The notes: generated from the sequence alone by a model not told the origin. A stretch of DNA of 64,000 bases from Octopus sinensis (GCF_006345805.1 NC_043003.1:12648001-12712000), one strand, 5' to 3'. Shown: positions 33,558 to 47,160, counted from the stretch's first letter. Program-made: numbers and translations.

Positions 33558-33682
33558 GAAGAAGAAGAAGAAGAAGATCGAAAAATACCTTAGGAATGAG
33601 AACCCAGGTTCGAAATTTCCCCAAGATACCTGATGAATGTAAATAATGTAAATAATTCCTCGTCTCTTAAATATAGAACTGT
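33090..33682. mobile_element. Head-to-head pair of a tRNA-headed SINE with (TAA)n(GAA)n middle and hammerhead tail
   Basis: Left copy (33492 to 33090, minus strand) has an A-box-like head, B box GAGTTCGATTCC, microsatellites and ribozyme. Right copy (33496-33682, plus strand) lacks most of the head and the ribozyme core. Confidence 0.7.
33139..33182 (-). ncRNA. Minimal type-I hammerhead ribozyme
   Basis: atac CTGATGA A GGCTG gagggtatat CAGCC GAA ACGT C gtgt. Stem I is 4 bp including one G-U pair, stem III is the palindrome ACGT, cleavage triplet GUC. Confidence 0.72.
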
Positions 33683-33849
33683 ACAAACGATACTTATGAA
33701 ATCAGTTTTGGAATATTTCTTTCCCTGTCATTTCCACGCTAGCTGTCGTTGTTTAACCACACAAAGTCAATTCCAATTAGATTGATCTATTTACGAATGC
33801 AGTTCATCCTTGAATATCCCGTCTTTTTCTAAGCACACTATATTCTATT

Positions 33850-34515
33850 CTACTCTAGGCGCAAGGCCCGAAATTTTGGGGGAGGGAGCAGTCGATTAGA
33901 TCGACCCCAGTACGCAACTGGTACTTAATTTATCGACCCCGAAAGGATGAAAGGCAAAGTCGACCTCGACGGAATTTGAACTCAGAACATGAAGACAGAC
34001 GAAATACCGCTAAGTATTTCGCCTGGCGTACTAACGTTTCTTATTTCTTTACTGCCCGCAAGGGGCTATACACAGAGGGGACAAACAAGGACAGACAAAG
34101 GGATTAAGTCGATTATATCGACCCCAGTGTGTAACTGGTACTTATTTAATCGACCCCGAAAGGATGAAAGGCAGAGTCGACCTCGGCGGAATTTGAACTC
34201 AGAACGTAACAGCAGACGAAATACGGCTACGCATTTCGCCCGGCGCGCTAACAATTCTGCCAGCTCGCCGCCTTAAATACCTATTTCTTTACTACCCACA
34301 AGGGGATAAACATAGAAGAAGAGACAATCAAGGACAGACAAAAGGATTGAGTCGATTATATCGACCCCAGTGGGTAACTGGTACTTATTTAATCGACCCC
34401 GAAAGGATGAAAGGCAAAGTTGACCTCGGCGGAATTTGAACTCAGAACGTAACGGCAGGCGAAATACCGCTAAGTATTTCGCCTGGCGTGCTTTCGACTC
34501 TGCCAGCTCGCCGCC
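33850..34515 (-). mobile_element. Three head-to-tail SINE family B units
   Basis: Repeated family B blocks ending at about 34020, 34275 and 34515. Confidence 0.85.
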
Positions 34516-34961
34516 TTCTAGGCGCACTATATTCCAAGCTTCATTAACCAATTGAGCCTCCTGAGCTAAGGGAAGTTTGGCTACTATTTCTAGCAGGTTG
34601 GAGGACAACGTAGAAACTGTTTATCTCACTTTATCACAATATTTCCTCAACCAATAAGCGAAAGAGTGGGTGCCAGCGTGAGAAACCGTACTGATAGCAT
34701 TATACACGCTCACGCACACACGCATATGCTTACACAAATAAACACCCACAGTGCATATGCATAAGTGTGTGTGTGTGTGTGTGCATACACACACAAACAC
34801 GTACAGAAACACATATACCTATATACATACATACATACATACCTATATATCTATTTATACATATGTGTGTGTATGTATGTATGTATGTATGTATGTATGT
34901 ATATATATGTGTGTGTGTGTGCATATATATATCAGTATATATATATATATATATATATATT

Positions 34962-35004
<43 letters not shown>

Positions 35005-35400
35005 ATATATATGTGTATATATATATATGTATCTATCTCTCTCTCTATATATATATATAAAGCGATGTACACATATGTACAAGTAGACAGACACACATAC
35101 GCATGTCCCCATATATGTGTGAGTAAATGCACATGCAAACACACAGACACATTTGCACTCAGGCAGGTAAGTGCACCGCAATATGCACTTGCCAACAATG
35201 ACATCAAGTTCTTGTTTTGATCCTTGCTTTTTTATCTGGCAGCTTGACCTTGTATTTCAGCTGAACACCTCCCACACTCGTACACACACACACACACAAC
35301 ACACACACGCACGCACACATTCTCTCTCTCTCTCTCTTACACACACACACACAGAGATACATATATGTATGTATGTATGTAAAATAAAGCAAGTATATGT

Positions 35401-35700
35401 GAAGGCGCATGGCTCAGTGGTTAGAGCGTCGAGCTCACAGTCATAAGATAGTGAGTTCGATTCCCGGACCAGGCTATGTGTTGAGTTCTTGAGCAAAACA
35501 CTTTATTTCACGTTGCTCCATTTCACTCAGCTGTAGAAATGAATTGTGACATCACAGGTGCATCGGTCTTTGCCCTTAACTTGGATAACATCAGTGGCAT
35601 GAAGGGAGGCTGGTATGCATGGGCGACTGCTGGTCTTCCATAAACATCCATGTCCAGACTTGTGCCTCGGAGTGGAACTTTCTAGGTACAATCCCATGCT
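35401..35700 (+). mobile_element. SINE family C-related
   Basis: tRNA-like head ggctcagtggttagagcg...gagttcgattcccgg, then ttgagcaaaacactttatttcacgttgctcc. Confidence 0.75.
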
Positions 35701-36089
35701 CATTCTTGACCGAAGGGTTTCTTTACCCTTTATCCTTTTATGTATGTATATGTATGTATGCCTGTATGTGCGCGAACGCCCGCGTGTGAGAACGCAAAAC
35801 TTATCAAACTGAACGGACATATTTGTGACTCGAGTTTCACGCCACTGCGATTACCAGACGAGAACTTTCGCAGCATGCTTTTAGTGGTATATTTATATTT
35901 GTCGGTGTAGTGTGGTCTGTTGTTTGTGTTTGTTCGCTGGTTTGCAATTGGCGTTTGTTAACTGGCTGGTATTTTTCTACAACTTTTTTGTCTCATCAAT
36001 AAAAGTTATGGACAACATATTACAAAACATAACCAACCTTATTTACACACACACACTCTCTCTCTCTTTGTTTCTTTCTCTCTCACACA

Positions 36090-36837
36090 CATGTATGTAT
36101 GTATGTATGTATGTATGTATGTATGTATGTATGTATGTATGTATGTATGTATGTATGTATGTATGTATGTATGTATATATGTATGTATGTATGCAATGTA
36201 TGTATGTATGTTTGTACGTACGTATGTATGCAATGTATGTATGTATATATGTATGTATGTATGTACGTACGTACGTATGTATGTATGTATGTATGTATGT
36301 ATGTATGTACGTACGTACGTATGTATGTATGTATGTATGTATGTATGTATGTATGTATGTATGTATGTTTGTACGTACGTATGTATGTATGAATGTATGC
36401 ATGAATGTATGTATGTATGCAATGTATGTATGTATGAATGAATGTATGTATGTATGTATGTATGTATGTATGTATGTATGCAATGTATGTATGTATGTAC
36501 GTACGTATGTATGTATGTGTGTATGTATGTATGTATGTATGCAATGTATGTATGTATGTATGTACGTACGTATGTATGTGTGTATGTATGTATGTATGTA
36601 TGTATGTGTGTATGTATGTATGTATGTATGTATGTGTGCATGCAATGTATGTGTGTATGTATGTATGTACGTATGTATGTGTGTATGTATGTGTGTATGT
36701 ATGTATGTGTATGTATGTATGTATGTATGTATGTATGTACGTACGTACGTACGTACGTATGTATGTATGTATGTATGTATGTATGTATGTACGTACGTAC
36801 GTACGTACGTACGTATGTATGTATGTATGTATGTATG

Positions 36838-36869
<32 letters not shown>

Positions 36870-36900
36870 TGTATGTATGTATGTATGCATGTATGTATTT
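36090..36900. repeat. About 810-bp (TATG)n satellite with TACG/TGCAA variants
   Basis: Direct reading. Source of the MYVC/HTYI ORFs. Confidence 0.97.
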
Positions 36901-37159
36901 ATGAGTCAGAAGTAATAATTCTGGCAAAATGCCATTAGGCTTCTTGTAGCGCCCACCGATTTTTCAGCGTTCATTTTATGCAGTCATTTAGAAACAGATT
37001 TGTGCTTCGACAAGTAGACACTGACCTATGAAACAGCTGTGTTACAGTATGCAATATTGAATAAATGTTTACACTATACATCACACCCCCACACACACAT
37101 GCGGTGTGCACATTCATTTGATATTCATTTCAGACAAACAAATATACAAAGACAAGGAA

Positions 37160-38070
37160 GGCGGAAGTGTGGCTGTGTAGGTAAGAAACTCGCTTTGCAA
37201 TCACGAGGTTCTGGGTTCAGGCCCACTGTGCAGCACCATAGGCAAGTGTCTTTATTGTAACTCCTGGTCAACTAAAGCCTTGAGAGTAAATTTGGTAGAT
37301 GGAGACTTAGAGAATCCTGTCGCGCATATATATATATGGAGTGGCTGTGTGGTAAGTAGCTTGCTAACCAACCACATGGTTCCGGGTTCAGTCTCACTGC
37401 GTGGTATCTTGGGCAAGTGTCTTCTGCTAGAGCCCCGGGCCGACCAATGCCTTGTGAGTGAATTTGGTAGACGGAAACTGAAAGAAGCCTGTCGTATATA
37501 TGTATGTATATATATATATGTATGTGTGTGTGTGTTTGTGTGTCTGTGTTTGTCCCCCTAGCATTGCTTGACAACCGATGCTGGTGTGTTTACGTCCCCA
37601 TCACTTAGCGGTTCGGCAAAAAGATACCGATAGAATAAGTACTGGGCTTACAAAGAATAAGTCCCGGGGTCGATTTGCTCGACTAAAGGCGGTGCTCCAG
37701 AATGGCCGCAGTCAAATGACTGACACAAGTAAAAGAGTAAAAGAGTAAAGTATATATATATATATATACATATACGTGTGTGCGTGTCTATGTATCTATG
37801 TATGCATTTGTGTTGCGTTTGTCCCTCACCACTACAAACCTTGCAAGGCGGTGCTGCAGTATGGCCGCAGACCAAAGACTGAAGTAAGTAAAAGTTAAAA
37901 GGTAAGCAATATGGTGCAGACATGGCTGTGTGGTATGTAGCTTGCTTATGAACTACATTGTCCCAGGTTCAGTCCCACTGCGTGGCCCCTTGGGCAAGTA
38001 TCTTCTACAATAGCCTCGGGCCGACCAAAGCATTGAGAGAAGATTTGGTAGACGGAAACTGAAAGTATCT
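37160..38070 (+). mobile_element. Cluster of SINE family A copies
   Basis: Old head at about 37160-37320, full copy at about 37335-37750, head at about 37915-38070. Confidence 0.8.
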
Positions 38071-38104
38071 CGGCGTATATATAATATCTATCTATCTATC
38101 TATC

Positions 38105-38159
<55 letters not shown>

Positions 38160-38226
38160 AAAATATGTTTAAGAATATACAGTAATTATATATAAGTATA
38201 AATATTTTGTTTTAAACATTCCCAAA

Positions 38227-38298
<72 letters not shown>

Positions 38299-38334
38299 GT
38301 TGTTGTTGTTGTTGTTGTTGTCGTTGTTGTTGTT

Positions 38335-39262
38335 TATAATATAACTGTTCATTATTTAGTAGATTGAGACAAACTTCTACTGCATCACCTGCTATATCTC
38401 CGTGTTGCTGGGGTGTATGCAGCATTGCGTCTTCTTTTCTATTGTTGGAAGTGCGCAAACTCTTTCCGGTATTGTATTGTGTTAGTTTTTGTTTCCTCTT
38501 GATGTGTGGTGCAGTCTTTTATTGTACTACTGCTTGTATTGTGTGTTGAGTGAGAATGCGTTGGTTTTCTAGCTTGCTTGTGGAAGTTTATTTCACTGGG
38601 TAATTGCTGTATAGACTGTGTCTTGTGTTTGTGGGTTGTTTTGTTTAGATTGTATTATTGAATTGATAGTTTCATGCGTAGGATGCGGGCTGTTCCTAAC
38701 AAGGCAATTTTTTGAATAGTGTGTAGTGTTGAGGATCCAGGTATAGTTTCAAAGTTTTTGTTCAATATGTTTTTTTTTATCATGCGTAATGCTTCTATTA
38801 TTATTGGTATTGTTTTCACTTTCATGTCCCACATCTTGAATACTTTAATTTCGAGGTCTTTGTACTTTGACAATTTCTCCACTTCTTTTTGGACAATATT
38901 TTGATCAGAAAGGACTGCAATGTGTAAGCAGGTGTATTTTCCTCAATCCTTGATTATTATGTCGGGGTTTTTAGCTTTAATTTCTTTGTCGGTTTGAACC
39001 GGCATATCCCTGATGATTGTAGCCTGCTCGTTGTCTTGTACCTTGTTTGGCAAATGTTTACACCACCTATTGTCAGTTTTAATGTTGCAACGTTGGCATA
39101 TTGTCCAGTGGATATAACTGCTTACTCAGTCGTGTCTGTACATATACTCAGATTTGGCAAGGACTGGGCAACCAGAGATGATGTGGTCGACAGTCTCATT
39201 GTGCTGGTTGCATATTCTGCATTTGGTGTTAGGGTCTGTTTTCATTATTTTGCTTTTATAAT
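38335..39262 (-). mobile_element. R4/Dong-clade LINE, subfamily C, 3' fragment
   Basis: EKLSKYKDLEIKVFKMWDMKVKTIPIIIEAL...QKIALLGTARILR. Third distinct 3' UTR, ending in (AAC)n(AAT)n. Confidence 0.85.
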
Positions 39263-39271
39263 TGTTGTAAC

Positions 39272-39466
39272 ATTTGACTGCGGCCATGCTGGAGCACCGC
39301 CTTTAGTCGAGCAAATAGACCCTGGACTTATTCATTGTAAGCCCAGTACTTATTCTATCGGTCTCTTTTTGCCGAACCGCTAAGTGACGGGGACGTAAGC
39401 ACACCAGCATCGGTTGTCAAGCAATGCTAGGGGGACAAACACAAACACAAATACACAAACACACAA

Positions 39467-39499
<33 letters not shown>

Positions 39500-39672
39500 C
39501 ATATATACGACAGGCTTCTTTCAGTTTCCGTCTACCAAATCCACTCACAAGGCATTGGTCGGCCCGGGGCTATAGCAGAAGACACTTGCCCAAGATGCCA
39601 TGCAGTGGGACTGAACCCGGAACCATGTGGTTGGTTAGCAAGCTACTTACCACACAGCCACTCCTGCGCCTA
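39272..39672 (-). mobile_element. SINE family A
   Basis: Full reversed copy. Confidence 0.9.
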
Positions 39673-39816
39673 TATTATATTTATATTTATTTTTATTTAT
39701 TTTATCTTATTTATTTGTAGTCCGGCATTATCCTCATCATCATTATTATTATAGGAAAACTCACAGCTCATTTTGCTGGGTATGATGAAGTGTCGGCTTA
39801 TAATAATAATAATAAT

Positions 39817-39857
<41 letters not shown>

Positions 39858-39917
39858 AATATAATAATAATAATAATAAAATATAATGATGATGATGATG
39901 ATGATAATAATAATAAC

Positions 39918-39984
<67 letters not shown>

Positions 39985-39985
<1 letters not shown>

Positions 39986-40847
39986 CGTAACGGAGGGAAA
40001 GAGCAACGATGTACTCGGGGAAACTCTAGGAGGGATCAACTAACTGGCCTTTTCCGGAGGACTTTCGAGCCGGGGCCTATGCGTAACTTCCAGAAATCCT
40101 TGGCCTGGCAACGCTACAAGGGAGCTCTGCCGAATCGAGACAAGCTTTACAGACAGTGAAGTGCTATCAGACGGACCTGTCCGGGGTATGCCCAGGGCTA
40201 CAAAACCGTCCTGCTTGCATTCGTCCAGTGTCCGTGCATTACTGACTTGTTGGAGCTTTGTTAAACATCTGTTGTCGCGTGTAGGACGGATCCAGCTTAC
40301 GTATCAGCCGAGTTGATCGTGAAGATCGTCCCGCCGCCTTCCTTTGGCTGGGAAGGAAAGACAGCTTTCCTCTGCCTGGTGGCTATGGCGAAGAAGGTTG
40401 TGAGGTGGACGAGATTAAAAGGACTGAAGACAGATACTTTCCTCTTCGGCCAAGCCCTCAATTGGCTTTTTCAAGTTCCACCTGAAAAGGAAAGTGAGAG
40501 TTTGGCGGGAAGTTCTGCCCCCCTCCCCATTCAGTAAATTTGTTACTAGGTAGGTGAATGTGGCGAGGTTAGCCCGTAGGAGTGGGTCTATTCTGAACTT
40601 TTGTTTGTAAACCGGAAGGATTTGAGGAGGGAGGCGCCTGCTGTGTGGTGCATATGGCAGTCGGGATAAACAAAATGTGCGGGGTTCCTTGGTTATCCCT
40701 GCGAGGAACTCCCACTTTTGGGGAGTTTTATTGTTTAATTGTTTTTGTTACTTATTGTATACACGGCATTGTTCAACGCCCTACTTGTCCCTTGTATTGC
40801 ATCGTCTCTATGTGTTTTGTGTGCGGTCCTTAGACCAATTAAAGAAC

Positions 40848-40848
<1 letters not shown>
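39985..40848 (+). mobile_element. L1/Tx1-like LINE 3' fragment inside (TTA)n
   Basis: NFQKSLAWQRYKGALPNRDKL...TCPGYAQGYKTVLLAFVQCP (decayed zf-RVT-type zinc knuckle), LVAMAKKVVRWTR, FFKFHLKRKVRV. 3' UTR with ATTAAA, then (TAT)n. Confidence 0.65.
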
Positions 40849-40891
<43 letters not shown>

Positions 40892-40892
<1 letters not shown>

Positions 40893-41704
40893 TATGTTTG
40901 ACTTTTGCTTTATATTTGTACAAGTTGGCTCCAAGTCTCACCCAGAGACCTCAAGAGGCAACAGGCTGGAAGTTCGTATTGTTGTTATGCATAGTGTGCC
41001 ATATATTTGGTTTTGTATTTAGTGTTGTACTAGTGAATGCCTAAAAAGAAGAAAAAAACGAAAGTTATGTTTGTTTTAAACCTTGAGATTACATAGAAAG
41101 TATTTTGCGTAGGATATGAGCAGTTCCCATGAGCACTATCTTTTGAATTTCTGCCATTTTGGGGTTTCCTGGTATCTGAGTTAGGTAGCAATCAGCCCCT
41201 TTCGCTATCATTCACCAGGGCACCTATGACAACAGGTATTGTTTTAGTCTTCAGGTTCCACATTTTGCTGCTTTCTCTATTTCAAGATCTTATATTTTGC
41301 TCAGTTTTTGGTAGGTCTTGACAGATACATTTATAACGATTGGGACAGTCATATCAATGAGGAGGCATGTTCTTTGTCTGAAGTCTTTCAATATGATGTC
41401 TGGCCTATTTGCATCTATCTTTCTGTCAGTTTGAATGGGGATGTTCCAGAGGAGTGAGATGTGGTCATTTTCAAGCACTGGAGGTGGTTTGTGTTCCCAC
41501 CAGTTTTTTTCATGGGGCAAATCCAGGTTTTTGCAGATTACCCAGTGAATATATTGTGCAGCTCTATCATGCCTGTTGAGATACTCTGTAAGCACTAGAA
41601 GACTGCACTTGGAGACAACATGATCAATGGTTTCATTTTGTTGTTGACATACACGACATGTTGGGCTACTGCTGCCGTTCTTTAATATGTTGGCCTGGTA
41701 GTTC
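40892..41704 (-). mobile_element. R4/Dong-clade LINE, subfamily A, second 5'-truncated copy
   Basis: Collinear with about 20089-20860. Both ends lie in (TTA)n. Confidence 0.92.
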
Positions 41705-41723
41705 TCTATTATTATTATTAGTA

Positions 41724-41841
<118 letters not shown>

Positions 41842-41842
41842 T

Positions 41843-42060
41843 ACGGCGGCGAGCTGGCAGAATCGTTAGCACTCCGGGAAAAAAAACTTAGCGGCATTTC
41901 GTCCGTTTGCACGTTCTGAGTTCAAATTCCGCCGAGGTCGACTTTGCCTTTCATCCTTTCGGGCGTCGATAAAATAAGTACCAGTTGAGCACTGGGGTCG
42001 ATCTAATCGACCTACTTCCCCCCCCCCACACCGAAATTGCTAGCCATGTGCCAAAATTCG
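41843..42060 (+). mobile_element. SINE family B
   Basis: Family B head directly after (TTA)n. Confidence 0.8.
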
Positions 42061-42081
42061 AAAACATTATAATCATCATCA

Positions 42082-42138
<57 letters not shown>

Positions 42139-42629
42139 CGTCTGCATTTGTGTAGTGTACATTATTCTAGTTACCCCTTCCTCTTTCAACAAAAGAAACC
42201 GCATTACTGGCAACAATTCCAAAACAAAAATATTGACATTTCTTGTATTTGAGCTGGGTTTTTATTTTTGTGTGAGTGTGTTTGTTTGCTTCTTCTTGTT
42301 TTCATTGCTTTATTCATTCATTAGATCATTATAAACATCCAAGAACAATATAGCCGTCTAATTCGATTATACACCCGCCTCTTGGGAGGGGCTGCTCGCA
42401 GTTCTGCCATTTCTATTTTCTTTTTCTTTTTCTTTTTTTTCGTCCAAATTTATTTCATGTGAAAATGTTTCATCAAAAGCAGGCACTGGAACATGACGCA
42501 GTGAACGCTACCCACATCCGATACTCACTCTTTGTGTTTGTACATGTGTGCGTGTGTCTGTGTGTGTCTGTGTGTGTGGGTATGTGTGTGTGTGCGTGTG
42601 GGTGTGAGTGTATATATATATATGCCCAC

Positions 42630-42678
<49 letters not shown>

Positions 42679-44278
42679 ATATATATACGTATGGATGTAA
42701 GAATGTACATATACGTATGTATATATGCGTATATATATTTTGCATATATATATATATATATGCATGCATCCACGCATACATATATACGCACATATATACA
42801 TATATATATATACCAACTTTCTCTTATATATATATACATATATGCATATATACATGCACACATATATATACATACATATATACACATGTATATATATATG
42901 TGTGTACATATACATATATGTATATATATCACTAAATGAATGTATAAGTGAGAGTATATATATATATATATACACCCACCCACCCACACACATTATAGAA
43001 TGTAATACCTAGTGAATTAACAATTTCACTGTCCGTTCCAGAGAATCTGTCGCTATAGATAGATAAGATGATTTGCCAACTTTTCTCCATGCAACTTTTT
43101 TTCTTTCTTTGTTTGTTTGTTTTTTTGTACTTTATTAAGCACTTTTTCTTTTATATTTTTTCTGCATTTATATTCAATTATTTATACATTGACATTGTTG
43201 TTTCTTTCTCTTTTGTATCGTTTCTATGTTAGTATATGTAAATATGCTAAAATTGGCGAAGCAGATACAACATGAAAATAACGATTTCCTATGCGATCAG
43301 AAACCTTGAAGTATAATGGAGAAAATATTTGAGTGACGATTATCATTTTTTTTTTAAGCAGAAGCAAAGGAAAATAGCTCCAGTCCTTGTTGCAGCGTAC
43401 TAGTTTGTGTGCCTTAATGACCATAAGAATTATGCTAGAGGAGCACAAGTTTCTGAGAAGGCCTCCTCCACTTTGCTGAACAAGTCAAAGGATAATGACT
43501 AGATTAATGTGGATTACCTCTTCCCAGAGGTAAAAAAAGGCGAGCGCCCCTAGGTAGAAAAAGCAGAGTTACAGAAGTATCAACGACAGTTGAAACCCTA
43601 CAAGACTTGGGAGAGGAAGGCCCTTTCTTTAAGAAACATATAATGTGGTTGAGTAAAATCCAAAAGGTAGAGCTGAAAAGCAGAAAAGACAGTCCAAAGT
43701 CGAGAGCTGTGGGAAAAAAATCAATTGCTTATGTTCCACGGGGAGCGAAGATCTTAACGGTAATGACAGAAAAAAATTAGATAAAAAGAAATCTTCATTG
43801 ACCTCTGAGGCCCACTTCATCGGCCTCTAATTCCAGTTTTGTTTTCCCTTCAGTGTTTATGTAGATAACAGAGTGGATAATAGCGATGGAGGGGTTTGCC
43901 TCCCATCAACTTTTCACTAAAAAACATTTAATACTGAGGTACACAATCAATTGTCAGTCACTCTTTCTTTTTAACCTTTAAATATTTCATTTAAACGTTT
44001 ACCGCCGCCGCCACCACTAGTACTTATATCACAATACTACTAATTCTGTCGGTGCAATAAAAGAAGCTACTGTAAGAAGAAGGGACCTGCTGTTACGAGT
44101 CATGGCCTTTTATTGATAAAGGAAGGTTATCTAAAATAACTGACCCCTTCCTTTCTTCATAGAAGCTTCACTTAAATCAGCTCACTTCTTTCTATATTAT
44201 TTGTTACTGATTCAAATCTCTACTAGTCTCCTCCAATACTGGATTTACCATACCATTAACAACTATAACTATAAGAGT

Positions 44279-44595
44279 GAAGGCGCGTGGCTTAGTGGTT
44301 AGGGTCATTCGGCTCATGATCGTAAGGTCGTGGGTTCAATTCCCGGCGGCGCGTTGTGTCCTTGAGCGAGGCATTTTATTTCACGTTGCTCCAGTCCACT
44401 CAGCTGGCAAAAGTAGTACCTGTATTTCAAAGGGTCAGCCTTGTCACACTCTGTTTCACGCTGAATCTCCCCGTGAACTACATTAAAGGTACACTGTTTG
44501 TGGAGTGCTCAGTCACTTGCACGTTAATTTCACGAGCAGAGCTGTTCCGTTGATCGTATCAGCTGGGACCCTCGTCGTCGCAACCGACGGAGTGC
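44279..44595 (+). mobile_element. SINE family C
   Basis: tRNA-like head ggcttagtggttagg...gggttcaattcccgg. Tail cgtcgtcgcaaccgacggagtgc shared with 1961-2239. Confidence 0.85.
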
Positions 44596-45118
44596 TCTTA
44601 ACAACTATAATATAATCACATGTATACTGCGTACTAATGAATCAAGTGTTATGAACATATAGTCGTCTTGAAGATGTTGTTTTCCTGCGACGAAAAACAA
44701 CAACAGCGATTGGCATTTTCACGTTCGAATCTGTTGGAACGTTTTAATAATAAGTGTGTAGTTCATTGTATACTATTACCTCTGCATTGAACGTCTCTTA
44801 TCACATAATCATTATTCCGATCTTTTCAAAACCACGCCTTCTTTTTCTTGCCTCTTTCAATTATTTTCCATATATTCCTATCTCACTTTCTCCACCCCCT
44901 CTCTCTCTCTGTTCCTTTCTTTGCCTCTTCTCTCTCTGCCCCCCCCCCTCTCTCTTTCTTGAGGAAATTTTTTCTTTTTTTCCAATATTTTGACCTGAAT
45001 GATCTGAAGCAGACCTGGAGTAGAGGGGGGTATATCATTGATGAGGTCGCGAATGGGAACGAATGAACTTTGACAAGCTAGGTGATTGATTAATCGATCG
45101 AATGATTAACCAATTCAC

Positions 45119-45180
<62 letters not shown>

Positions 45181-46019
45181 GAAGTGAAACAGAACCAGTG
45201 TATGTGTGTTTATTATTAACATAATGACCATCTTCCTACCGCGAGTTACATACTACAAAACCTGTTTTAACATGAGTTCACTTGAAGAATTTGGCGAACC
45301 ACATTAAAAAATGAATGAAATAAATATTATAAAACTTTTTGAATCGAGGGCAAGATGAGGTTTTGACTGTTGGCGTGGATTAAGTCTTGTGATATCTTTT
45401 TTCTGTTGCTTGTCTCAGTCACTGGACTGTGGCCATGCTGGGGCAGCGCCTGGAATGATTTTAGCCGGACGAGTCGAACCCAGAAGTTGCTTTTAAGTCT
45501 GGTGTTTATTCTATTGGTCTCTTTTGCCGAACCGCTAAGTTACGGGGACGAAATCAAGTCATTGCTGGTTATCAAGCGGTGGGAGGACGGGCACAAGCAC
45601 AGACATACATACATGACACGCACGCACATACAGACACAGAAGCATGCACACACACACACATACGCACGCACACACACACATACAAACACACACGTCAGAC
45701 TCCTTTCAGTTTCCACCTACCAAATCCATTCACAAGGCTTTAATCTACCCGAGGCTAGAGTAGATGACCCTTGCTCAAGCTGCCACGCAATGGGACTGAA
45801 CCCGATGTTGTTGGGAAGCAAATTTCTTACCTCAAAGTTATGTCCGAGCCTGGAGATAAAAATATAATTATTTGAAAGCATGAAGGAAAAGAAAGGAAAC
45901 AGGGTTGAGAGAAAGAAGGGAAGAAGGAATAAAGAAGCGTGTGAGAAAGAAGTTAAAATTTGAGCTTCATGAGAAAGCAGACGACAAGCGTATGAAGACG
46001 CGGCTGATCAAATATTAAG

Positions 46020-46230
46020 AGCAGGAGTTGGGGACAAACTTCACAGTAATGCGTTGAACGTTGAGATTTTCCGTGAAAAATCTCTTGGCAGACTCCGTAA
46101 TTGATTCTAGACATACGAGAGAGTTGATAGATTTTTCAGTGACAGTCCTCTTCGTGAATGAATTCACGAACATTTTACGCCACGCCGCTGCCCGTCCGAG
46201 ACATTTTTTCTGGTTTTATGCTTGTTGGTT
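46020..46230 (-). pseudogene. Degraded mariner transposase fragment
   Basis: Frameshifted VREFIHEED and FFTENLNVQRITVKFVP resemble mariner V..LI.ED.R and IL.E.L.M..V.A.WVP. Confidence 0.45.
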
Positions 46231-46605
46231 ACTCTGAACTTTCACCAACTTGTACCGACAGCACTGGATTGACCTCGACACGTTGTGTTCTACCTAAATA
46301 AAAAATTAAAAAAGAAGGAAAATATAAAAGAAAAATTGTCTGCCCAAAGGCTCCATGAATCATTCATATACAATTTTGTGCAAACGCGTTGTTCGAATTT
46401 GTCAGCCATATTAAAAGTCACTGAACCGTCTTAACGCAACGTTACAAAATTCTAATAATTGGATACAAGTAGATAGAGAGAAACCTATTTGTGAATTGAT
46501 TCAGCATGTTGTCTGGCTACAAATGGAAGTTGGCTGCGCACGCATATCTGCTGAACTGACCAATCACAGTACATGCAGTCCAGAAATATCATGACAGCAT
46601 TAGTG

Positions 46606-46652
<47 letters not shown>

Positions 46653-46789
46653 TGTGTTTGTGTGTGTGTGTGTGTGTTTGTGTGTTTGTGTGTGTGTATT
46701 CATGTGGTTTCTTTGTGAGTGAATGTGTGCATGTGTGTTTGTTTCTCTGTATATTTATGTGTGTGTGCGTGTGTGTGTGTGTGTATACG

Positions 46790-47160
46790 CGCAGGCGTGG
46801 CTACTTTCCAATCACATGGTTCCAGGTTCAGTCTCGCTGTGTGACACCTTGGACAAGTGTCTTCTACTATAGTCTCGGGCCGACCAAAGCCTTGTGAGTG
46901 GATTTGGTAGACGGAAACTGAAAGAAGCCCATCGTATATATGTATATGTATATATGTGCGTGTGTCTGTGTTTTCCCCTCACCATCGCTTGACAATCGAT
47001 GTTGGTGTGTTTGCGTCCCCGTAACTTAGCGGTTCGGCAAAAGATAACCGATAGAATAAGTACTAGGCTTACAAAGAATAAGTCCTGGGGTCGATTTGCT
47101 CGACTGGAGGGCGGTGCTCCAGCATGGCCGCAGTCAAATGACTGAAACAAGTAAAAGAGA
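46790..47160 (+). mobile_element. SINE family A
   Basis: Head (partly deleted) and tail, followed by (GA)n. Confidence 0.85.

Noticed and set aside
34730-36938. Long ORFs such as MYVCMYVC... and HTYIHTYI... (up to 330 aa)
   Set aside because: Translations of (TATG)n/(TA)n/(TG)n satellites, open in several frames on both strands. The same applies to 42459-43012 and 59628-60299.
44279-44350. tRNA-like sequences (also 35401-35470, 33424-33492 and SINE A heads)
   Set aside because: A/B boxes are present but acceptor stems are incomplete, and each continues into a SINE body. Not called as tRNA genes.
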